Shown in pieces: positions 1 to 10,398 of a stretch of 64,000 nt of DNA. Under the pieces are notes generated by a model. That model did no database searches and was not told the origin of the DNA. It saw nothing but the letters and a program-made list of their open reading frames with translations. The translations under genes and the position numbers were made by a program. This DNA is from Vicugna vicugna (lineage: Eukaryota), in the NCBI GenBank assembly GCA_013265495.1, contig MU057880.1:2076527-2140526 (forward strand). The letters run 5' to 3'. Position 1 is the stretch's first letter. Every line of letters begins with the position of its first letter.

Positions 1-345
1 CCCTGCAAAAGGAAATCCTGCAACACACGGCCACGTGGATAGACCTGAAGGGCATTACAACAGTGAGTGATACAATCCAGGGACAGAAGCACCGATACTG
101 CATGATTCCACGTGTATGAGGAATCTGAAATAGCCACACCTGGAGAAGCAAAGGGAACAATGGTGGTTGGCTGGAGTGAGGGGGATGTCAGAGTTGCACA
201 TCAAAAGATATAAAGTGTCAGTTATGCAAGATGAGTAAATTCTAGAGATCTGCTATGCAACATGGTCCCTGGAGTCAACAACGCTGGGTTGTGAACAAAA
301 ATCTGTGAAAGGGGGTAGATCTCTTGTTCACTGTTCTTGCCACGA
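1..345 (+). mobile_element. Old L1 (L1MA/L1MB-type) 3' end fragment
   Basis: Typical L1 3' motifs: 'ggaaatcctg...tggatagacctgaagggcatta', 'tactgcatgattccac', 'agttatgcaagatgagtaaattctagagatctgct', 'gggtagatctc'. Confidence 0.8.
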
Positions 346-2044
346 TGAAAATCTTTCTCATTAAAAGAAACCACACAATTTCCAGCGACAACCCTCCAGA
401 AAGGAAAATCTGAACCTACGTACACATACAACATGTTTTAACTGAGTTATTGCTCAATTTAGTGTAGAGGAAAAAATCAGTCAAAATGATTATTTTTTTT
501 TTAACCAAAGCAGCTGATTATTTGAGCTATTTACATAGCTAATATTTGAAGACTAAATTTAATTTCCTGGCTTTCTTCTAAGGAAAATCTAGCAAATGAA
601 GAGCTAAAAAGTGAACACGAGCTGGACAAAACGCCATTGGACTGTGTTCCTAAATACTTCTACTTCGAAAACTGATAAAATAAATCCACTTTTGTTACCG
701 CCCGCCCCCCAAGAGGAGAGTTTGATTATATCAACTCCAGAAAAGCAGCAGTGATTAGAAACAGGTGTGGGTCGCAGCAACACGTTGCCATTTTCCTTTA
801 CATTTGTCTGTGACGTAAAACCTAAGGAGGTGATGAAAGATTCAGCTGAGTGGAGAAATGTGAAATAATCGCAATTTCAGATTCCCCCCCAAAACAGGAA
901 GCAATGGAATCTAAATCAAGGGTGGAAGAAAACTGAATCAGACAGATTTCAGGTCTTCCTTAAAAGATCCAAGCCAACAACCCAGGACGACTTTCTTGTT
1001 TACCTGCCAAGAATTAAGTTATCACATGAGCAGCTTAAAGATTAAAAAATGAAATATACTGAATTGTATTTTCAGACAATTCAGAACCTTAAAGGTAACC
1101 AAAAATACATCAGTATCACTGATCTTGAAATCGATGTTTTAAAGGTATTATGATACAGTATCCAGCACTGTTGCCAAATGATCCATTAATCATGATTAAT
1201 ATCAATCATGATATTATTTAATATTTGTTAACACTTTTTTGGGAGGGCAATGTTCTCTGAATGTAAATTTTCGAGAGCTGAAACTATTTCTCCCAGGCAT
1301 GGGTTCCATATTTAAATAGAACTGCAATTCTGAATATACTGCACAGAGAGTATTCAACAAGTGTTTAGTGAGAAGCAGGGCCAGGCATTTCCCGAAAACT
1401 TGGAACAGTACACGCAAAACAACGTGCAAAAAAACACTGCCCTTGGGGAGCTCAACCCCTACTCATGGCCTGGTCACCACCAGACAGGCGTCCCAAAGCC
1501 TCCAGGTCCCATTTCTCAAAGAGCACTGCTCAGGGCTGACGTCTGCATTTGACGCAGTTTCAAATACCCATGAACCCAGGTCCAGCCACATTTACACCAA
1601 GATGCTTATTCCAACGCTATGATAAATTTCTTCATTCCCCATTTATTGGCTTTGTCAATTTTCCCACATATGGTTTGTTGCTTACTTTTTTATTTAATGT
1701 TTGACTGAGAATCGGAAACATGCCTGAGTCCATATCGTGTCAGTGAACAGCCCCGCATTTCGTGTGTATCTGTGTGAAGATGGAAGTGCTGATTCTAATC
1801 TTTGTACAGAAACGAAAAGAACCCACAGTGGCCAAGGCGATGAGGAAGGAGAACAAAGCAGAGGCTGTGCAGGCATCCCGCTACCGGGATGCACAAGGCT
1901 AGGAGCACCAGACCAGCAGGACAGGAAAGAGCAGCAGTAACTGATGCACAGAAACATCCAAGTGCAGTTCAGCAGAGCAGGGACAGCCTTTTCCATAAAC
2001 GTGCTGCTCTCACTGGATGTGCCTATTTTAAAAACGCATCTTGA

Positions 2045-2295
2045 CCCCACCCACTGCCATACACAAAATTAAGTTGAAGTGGATTATAGAACTAAATGTG
2101 AAACATAAAAGCTTCAAGAAAAATCACTAAAATAGATTACTTCAAGATCTTGCAGCAGAGAAAGATTTCTTAAATCAAACACAAAAGCACTAATAAAACT
2201 GAATGAGCCAGACGTCATTAGAAACAAGCACTTTAGTTCATCAAAAGACACTGTTAAGAAAGTGAAAATGTGTAACAAAGATTGAAGAGATTTGT
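2045..2295 (+). mobile_element. Degenerate L1M ORF2 fragment
   Basis: 'ccatacacaaaattaagttgaagtggattatagaactaaatgtgaaa', 'aaagatttcttaaat', 'tcatcaaaagacactgttaagaaagtgaaa'. Confidence 0.7.
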
Positions 2296-2299
2296 AGCA

Positions 2300-2472
2300 C
2301 AGGCCATGGTCATATTTGTATCCATGAGTCAACCAACCTCAAGCAGAAAATACTTGAAGAGGAAAAAAAATTCCAGAAAGTTCCAAAAGGCAAAACTTGA
2401 ATTTGCAGTGGGCTGGCAACTATTTACATGCTATTTAAATTGTATTAGTTATTATTAGTAATTTAGAGATTG
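2300..2472. mobile_element. MER2/Tigger3-like DNA transposon remnant (TcMar-Tigger)
   Basis: 'aaagttccaaaaggcaaaacttgaatttgc...caactatttacatgctatttaaattgtattag...taatttagagat' resembles the MER2/Tigger3 consensus as recalled. Confidence 0.6.
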
Positions 2473-2492
2473 TTCTTTTTTAGTAGTATTAA

Positions 2493-2690
2493 ATTTTTTT
2501 AATTAAAGTATAGTTGATTTACAATGTTGTTAGTTTCTGGAGTACAGCAAAGCGATTCAGTTATACATATATACATATATAAAATCTATTCTTTTTCATA
2601 TTGTTTTCCATTGTAAGTTATTGTAAGATATTGAATATAGTTCCCTGTGCTATACAGTAGGCCCTGTATCTTTTATATATACTTTTTTAT
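2493..2690 (-). mobile_element. Artiodactyl-type L1 3' end
   Basis: T-run, then 'aaagtatagttgatttacaatgttg...tacagcaaagcgattcagttatacat...gatattgaatatagttccctgtgctatacagtagg', the reverse complement of an L1 3' UTR. Confidence 0.85.
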
Positions 2691-3814
2691 ATGGTTTATA
2701 ATAATTTTGAAATGATCACCATAGCATTTGAGCCTTCCTAAACCACATATTAAAGGCAAGATCTTCTTCTCATCTAATAGAATGAGGCACGTAGCCCTCG
2801 ACACGAGAGGCCCCAGGAGTGAGCCGGCATACTGAATCCGGGGCCAGGCCACCTGGGGCTGAATCCTGGTTGGGCACTGGCCAGCAGTGCGGCCCGGACA
2901 CCTCGCCCATGTGCCTCTTTTTGTCAAAAGGTAACTCTTTTGTCAACAGGGCTAATAATCCTGGGAAACCACACTTTCATCAAGCCCTGCTTTCAGAATT
3001 AAATTAGGTCATATATGCAGAGAGCTCAGAACAGCACCTCCTACTTCTTATCACACACAGATCAACGCACAGTAACCCAGCTTGTGTCACAGGCGGAGGA
3101 AGAGCGATCACTTCCAAACGTCATAAGACAGCTCGTCAGAAGCAAAAAAAAAAAGTGATTCCAAGCCACTTGAGAGTTACCAATATGCAGTTTGAGACAC
3201 AAATATATAGAATATCCTGGTTTCTTACTTGTAGATCTACCGGAAATTCATGCACCTTCTTTTCCAAATCCACACTCTCATCCTACCGCTCCCTTGAAAT
3301 TGATAGTCCTGAGCTGGGAAAAGGGTCTGTTTTCCTCGCTACTACAAACCCAAACTCAAAAACAAGATCTTAAGTAAAGAGAAGCCAGAGCAGAAATTGG
3401 AAACTGAAACAAGTAATTTAAGCTTCAAAGCCCTTTAGGGTAAATCACTCCAAGGAACCATACAGAATCTGTGGATAAAGAGGCTTTGGGGACTGTCGGG
3501 GACCCTAATGAACTGAGCGACACTCTGCAAGCGCACTGCCACCAAGGAGCCTGATTCTGCTCCAAGCACTCTGCGGATTCTGCCTGCAGCGTGCCTTAGG
3601 TGTACAGTTATCTGTAATGAGACACAAGAAGGTCATTTCTTTCGGACTGCATCTTCATTCAAGCATCCGTCTCCATGTGTCTGAAGAACGGTATGTGTCC
3701 TAGATGCGAACGCAGTACGAGGTCAGAGGAAACGAACAGGAGTATGGTTCTTGGGGTGACTTGCCTCCCTGCTCGGGGATGCGTGGCCTCTGGACCGGGA
3801 AAGACCCGCCTTTT

Positions 3815-4155
3815 TTTGTGCCAATCAATCATCAGCTGGAAACCAGCGTAAATTCTGATTGGCCGAGCTGGAACCCAGGGACAAAGGAACACTGCTCCCC
3901 ACACCGAACCCCCCATGCCCATCCACCTGCTCCAAGAACCGGAGACGGCTTCACTGCCCGGGGGATGGTTCCAGCAGATCCCACCACGTGTGCAGCACCT
4001 CGGGAGGAACAAGGTCCCCTGTGGTTTAGCCCCCGCTGAAGTAGGCACTCCCATCCCGAAGATGCCGGAGCCTCAGAAATAATCAAAGCTGAGCTCCTGC
4101 CCCGCCCCCAGCCGGGCCTTCCTCGGGCAGGGCTGCGCAGGGGGGCGGGGCACAG
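3815..4155. promoter_or_regulatory. Candidate promoter/enhancer module: two opposed CCAAT boxes plus two opposed GC boxes
   Basis: CCAAT at 3821; CTGATTGG (Y-box) at 3855-3862; GCCCCGCCCC at 4099-4108; GGGGCGGGGC at 4142-4151; local GC/CpG enrichment. Motif evidence only. Confidence 0.3.
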
Positions 4156-6224
4156 CGACGCTCACAGCGTCTTCGTGGGTTTCTCCAAATCCCCTGCTCC
4201 GGAAGCTCTCATTTCAGTCACCATCACCTTGGAACGGCCGTGGCGTCCCCCAGCTGACAACTCCCATGCCAACCCCCAGCCCCAGGCATCATCCTTCCGC
4301 GCAGGCTGTGGGGTCCTGCCCCTCCCAGGCCTTTGGGGAAACTTCATCCAGCACCTCCTCTGCCTCCCGTGACCCACATCTGCGTCTCAGGCAAGACTCA
4401 AGTTCTCTTTCCGGGACCCAGGTCCCAGCCACCATGAGCCCCTGGGACAGGGGACACATGTTACACTGCCCCTCCCCACCTGGGGGGGAGTATGAATAAA
4501 CTCCCTCACCTCCTGTCTCAGCACCTTCGCCCTGGGAGGCCACCGGGCCGTGGGGCCCTGGGGGTGACAAGGCCGTGACCCGCTTCAGAGGTCCGGACCC
4601 AGCTCTGGTCCACGTGGATGTGTGTTCCTGGCCTTCGGGGCCGCTGCCAAAACAGGCAGAAAGAATCCTACCTCAAATTCCTGATAGACTAAGCTAACTT
4701 TTAACTGCCCTCAGTGGTCATTTCTAACAGAAAACGTATGTAAATTATAGAATTACTTACATAGTAATTATGTAAGTCAACGTTAATATTTACTCAAAGT
4801 TAAATATAAAGAATAAAAATAGTCCTTAATACCAAATAATCAATTATCATTTCTATATTTTGGATTCTGGCAGGATATAATTTGAGGATAAAAGGCTTTC
4901 AAATACACAAGGTTGACCTTGAACTCGTATAAGCAGATATTATTAATATATGAATAAGCTAGGCAGATTTTTTCAAGTAGAAATTGAAGAATTTTCACAT
5001 GAGCTAAGATTCAATCCTTATGAACATTATCAGAATATTAATAACTTGGATTTTTAATTAAATACAAATTCTTTGTCATAATTAACAACTGAATCAGCAT
5101 TGATCATTTCTACATAAAGAACTCAAAAAAAAATTCCCAAAACTGTTTGAAAAACTATTCCCCAAACTGTTTTTATTTCTGATACGAAGCATTTAGAATA
5201 ACACATGAAAGATAGCAGCGGTTCATGCCTTACAAATTCTGTTCCTTCCCCTGCAAGGTGGCTGCATTTTATCTGCTATCCACAAGGAAGTCTGAGTCTT
5301 AATATTCCTGTCCAAGTACGTTTTCCTGTAAAATGTCACACACTTTTGAAAGGTAATTTGTGCAATACTGCTTAGAAATAGGCCCCCCAAAGCAGACAAG
5401 GATCTGGAAAGACAACCTCTGAAGGTCTATGAATGAATCCTCTGGAACCCAGGGAGACAGAATGATGAGCCAGACCCAGTTACCTCCTGTGCGGTGCAGG
5501 GGCCCCGGTCCTTTACAACCTACACACGTTTACAGGTCCTGTGCCTGATACGGTGGAACGTGAGAGAAACGCAGCTGACGGTGCGTTACCAGAAGATGTT
5601 GATTCTCACGCCTTTGGAAGATACTTTGCTTTGAATCTGTGTCCCAGAACAGAATAAATGGCAAGGTTAGTGATGCACATCTTAGATGCTCAATAAACAG
5701 TGACTGAATGAAGTAAATGATTTATTTAAAAAAAATTAAAGAAACAGTAAGTCAGTTAAGAATCATAAAGAGACCATTTTCTATTTGCTCCAAGTTGGAA
5801 ACCTCCCTAAGGCTAGTGAAATCCAGCGCATTTATAATATATTATAATATTATACCTATAATATTATAAATACACTGAAAATATGAACAACTGTACCTTC
5901 TATTTAGACCTAACTATAGGACTACTTCCATTCCATTGATACTTCAGAGCTGACCTTATCTACCTAATTTTGATGCACAGTCATTCTGGGAATAACCAAC
6001 AAGAGTTTGTCTTTATCATGAATATTTTAATTGCAGCTTCAAGTGTCAACGTTGCCTTTTTCACATGATTCGTACTCCAGCCGACTGTGTCTGCCTCAGT
6101 CCTACCAAAGCTCTAGTTCCCCCACCTAAGTGACACAGTATTATTTTAGTCTCAAAACTTTTGAATCCTCTGAATCAGAAAAGCACATCCAAACTTACAA
6201 AGATGAATGTCATTTTTGGTAACT

Positions 6225-6645
6225 ACAAATAGTGAGTATGTCTGTACGTGTACTGTGGGGAACAGGTGTGCACGCACCTGCTGAGCACACACCTAGGAAC
6301 AGAGGACGGGGTCACAGAGTGTATGAGTTTTCAGTTTCAGTAGATACTACCAACTGGTTTACCAAACGTTGATGCCAAGTTGACCTTTCCCCGGCAGTGT
6401 AGGAGAACTGTGCTCACGTTCCCATTCACACTTGGTATTTCCCTTCTTTGTTTATTTTAGCCATTCTGGTGGCTGCCTGATAATTTTAATCTGTATTTCC
6501 TGGATGAGTAGTGAAGTTGATCATCTCACATATGCCTGTTGGCCTTCTGGCCACCATCACTTGCTCATATTCGACTAGGCTGTCTGCCTTCTTCTTAATG
6601 ATTTCTACAGTTCTTCATATGTTCTCCAAAAAAGTCTTTGTTAGA
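6225..6645 (-). mobile_element. Old L1M fragment (also present in the duplicate at ~9411-9831)
   Basis: 'ttcagtttcagtagatactacc', 'ttttagccattctggtgg', 'ttttaatctgtatttcctggatgagtagtgaagttgatcatct' are antisense L1 ORF2 3' motifs. Confidence 0.7.
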
Positions 6646-6689
6646 GTGTGTGTCTGTGTGTATGTGTGAGTGTGTGTATGTGTATCTTT

Positions 6690-7080
6690 GGAAACATCAC
6701 AAATGTCTACAAACAGTAGAATAGAAAAATAAAGCACAGTGATTTCTCTGATGGAATCTTGTGTAACAGTGACAGTGACTGAACTACTGCTGCTTTTAGC
6801 ACCAGGGGTGAATCTTATAATGAGCAAAAGAGGCCAGTCATAACGGATATTTAGTGGATTTATATATGATGCAGAAACAGGCAAACAATATACGGTATGG
6901 TAGTCTTTGAGAAGGCAGCGAGTAATTGGAAGATGACATTAAGTGGCTTCTCAGGTTTCAGTAATAGTCTGTTTCCAGATCTGGGTGCTCGTCACATGGT
7001 ACCAATGAACACTTTAGTTGCAGACTTAAGATTAGTGCCCTTTTCTGTGTGCAAAGTGTACTTCAAAAATGTTTAAAAAC
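6690..7080 (+). mobile_element. Old L1ME-type 3' end (also present in the duplicate at ~9876-10266)
   Basis: 'aaatgtctacaaacagtagaatag', 'tgagcaaaagaggccagtca', 'gatctgggtgct', 'acttaagattagtgcccttttctgtgt...acttcaaaaa'. Confidence 0.65.
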
Positions 7081-7213
7081 AATACACACAAAAAAAACTT
7101 TGTGTTTAATTATGTGTGAACACACTTACATAGACAGACACAAATGTTTGCACACGTACATAGGTGAAGAGAGATTGCACAAAGCAACCAAAAGACACTA
7201 GAATTATCAATTA

Positions 7214-10200
7214 AGCCCCCGCTGAAGTAGGCACTCCCATCCCGAAGATGCCGGAGCCTCAGAAATAATCAAAGCTGAGCTCCTGCCCCGCCCCCAGCCG
7301 GGCCTTCCTCGGGCAGGGCTGCGCAGGGGGGCGGGGCACAGCGACGCTCACAGCGTCTTCGTGGGTTTCTCCAAATCCCCTGCTCCGGAAGCTCTCATTT
7401 CAGTCACCATCACCTTGGAACGGCCGTGGCGTCCCCCAGCTGACAACTCCCATGCCAACCCCCAGCCCCAGGCATCATCCTTCCGCGCAGGCTGTGGGGT
7501 CCTGCCCCTCCCAGGCCTTTGGGGAAACTTCATCCAGCACCTCCTCTGCCTCCCGTGACCCACATCTGCGTCTCAGGCAAGACTCAAGTTCTCTTTCCGG
7601 GACCCAGGTCCCAGCCACCATGAGCCCCTGGGACAGGGGACACATGTTACACTGCCCCTCCCCACCTGGGGGGGAGTATGAATAAACTCCCTCACCTCCT
7701 GTCTCAGCACCTTCGCCCTGGGAGGCCACCGGGCCGTGGGGCCCTGGGGGTGACAAGGCCGTGACCCGCTTCAGAGGTCCGGACCCAGCTCTGGTCCACG
7801 TGGATGTGTGTTCCTGGCCTTCGGGGCCGCTGCCAAAACAGGCAGAAAGAATCCTACCTCAAATTCCTGATAGACTAAGCTAACTTTTAACTGCCCTCAG
7901 TGGTCATTTCTAACAGAAAACGTATGTAAATTATAGAATTACTTACATAGTAATTATGTAAGTCAACGTTAATATTTACTCAAAGTTAAATATAAAGAAT
8001 AAAAATAGTCCTTAATACCAAATAATCAATTATCATTTCTATATTTTGGATTCTGGCAGGATATAATTTGAGGATAAAAGGCTTTCAAATACACAAGGTT
8101 GACCTTGAACTCGTATAAGCAGATATTATTAATATATGAATAAGCTAGGCAGATTTTTTCAAGTAGAAATTGAAGAATTTTCACATGAGCTAAGATTCAA
8201 TCCTTATGAACATTATCAGAATATTAATAACTTGGATTTTTAATTAAATACAAATTCTTTGTCATAATTAACAACTGAATCAGCATTGATCATTTCTACA
8301 TAAAGAACTCAAAAAAAAATTCCCAAAACTGTTTGAAAAACTATTCCCCAAACTGTTTTTATTTCTGATACGAAGCATTTAGAATAACACATGAAAGATA
8401 GCAGCGGTTCATGCCTTACAAATTCTGTTCCTTCCCCTGCAAGGTGGCTGCATTTTATCTGCTATCCACAAGGAAGTCTGAGTCTTAATATTCCTGTCCA
8501 AGTACGTTTTCCTGTAAAATGTCACACACTTTTGAAAGGTAATTTGTGCAATACTGCTTAGAAATAGGCCCCCCAAAGCAGACAAGGATCTGGAAAGACA
8601 ACCTCTGAAGGTCTATGAATGAATCCTCTGGAACCCAGGGAGACAGAATGATGAGCCAGACCCAGTTACCTCCTGTGCGGTGCAGGGGCCCCGGTCCTTT
8701 ACAACCTACACACGTTTACAGGTCCTGTGCCTGATACGGTGGAACGTGAGAGAAACGCAGCTGACGGTGCGTTACCAGAAAATGTTGATTCTCACGCCTT
8801 TGGAAGATATTTTGCTTTGAATCTGTGTCCCAGGACAGAATAAACGGCAAGGTTAGTGATGCACATCTTAGATGCTCAATAAACAGTGACTGAATGAAGT
8901 AAATGATTTATTTAAAAAAAATTAAAGAAACAGTAAGTCAGTTAAGAATCATAAAGAGACCATTTTCTATTTGCTCCAAGTTGGAAACCTCCCTAAGGCT
9001 AGTGAAATCCAGCGCATTTATAATATATTATAATATTATACCTATAATATTATAAATACACTGAAAATATGAACAACTGTACCTTCTATTTAGACCTAAC
9101 TATAGGACTACTTCCATTCCATTGATACTTCAGAGCTGACCTTATCTACCTAATTTTGATGCACAGTCATTCTGGGAATAACCAACAAGAGTTTGTCTTT
9201 ATCATGAATATTTTAATTGCAGCTTCAAGTGTCAACGTTGCCTTTTTCACATGATTCGTACTCCAGCCGACTGTGTCTGCCTCAGTCCTACTAAAGCTCT
9301 AGTTCCCCCACCTAAGTGACACAGTATTATTTTAGTCTCAAAACTTTTGAATCCTCTGAATCAGAAAAGCACATCCAAACTTACAAAGATGAATGTCATT
9401 TTTGGTAACTACAAATAGTGAGTATGTCTGTACGTGTACTGTGGGGAACAGGTGTGCACGCACCTGCTGAGCACACACCTAGGAACAGAGGACGGGGTCA
9501 CAGAGTGTATGAGTTTTCAGTTTCAGTAGATACTACCAACTGGTTTACCAAACGTTGATGCCAAGTTGACCTTTCCCCGGCAGTGTAGGAGAACTGTGCT
9601 CACGTTCCCATTCACACTTGGTATTTCCCTTCTTTGTTTATTTTAGCCATTCTGGTGGCTGCCTGATAATTTTAATCTGTATTTCCTGGATGAGTAGTGA
9701 AGTTGATCATCTCACATATGCCTGTTGGCCTTCTGGCCACCATCACTTGCTCATATTCGACTAGGCTGTCTGCCTTCTTCTTAATGATTTCTACAGTTCT
9801 TCATATGTTCTCCAAAAAAGTCTTTGTTAGAGTGTGTGTCTGTGTGTATGTGTGAGTGTGTGTATGTGTATCTTTGGAAACATCACAAATGTCTACAAAC
9901 AGTAGAATAGAAAAATAAAGCACAGTGATTTCTCTGATGGAATCTTGTGTAACAGTGACAGTGACTGAACTACTGCTGCTTTTAGCACCAGGGGTGAATC
10001 TTATAATGAGCAAAAGAGGCCATTCATAACGGATATTTAGTGGATTTATATACGATGCAGAAACAGGCAAACAATATACGGTATGGTAGTCTTTGAGAAG
10101 GCAGCGAGTAATTGGAAGATGACATTAAGTGGCTTCTCAGGTTTCAGTAATAGTCTGTTTCCAGATCTGGGTGCTCGTCACATGGTACCAATGAACACTT

Positions 10201-10398
10201 TAGTTGCAGACTTAAGATTAGTGCCCTTTTCTGTGTGCAAAGTGTACTTCAAAAATGTTTAAAAACAATACACACAAAAAAAACTTTGTGTTTAATTATG
10301 TGTGAACACACTTACATAGACAGACACAAATGTTTGCACACGTACATAGGTGAAGAGAGATTGCACAAAGCAACCAAAAGACACTAGAATTATCAATT
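7214..10398 (+). repeat. Tandem duplication, copy 2 (3,185 bp)
   Basis: Matches 4028-7212 except for 7 substitutions found by eye. One extra A lies at the junction (7213). Confidence 0.98.

Larger units (their letters stand above)
4028..7212 (+). repeat. Tandem duplication, copy 1 (3,185 bp)
   Basis: Sequence from 'agcccccgctgaag' to 'gaattatcaatt' recurs at offset +3186. ORF-track entries are duplicated (e.g. 4162 vs 7348). Confidence 0.98.

Noticed and set aside
4755..5870. Small AT-rich inverted repeats (4755-4777; ~5830-5870), and a 14-bp palindrome elsewhere at 23520-23533
   Set aside because: They are short and/or low-complexity, expected by chance, and lack supporting context.
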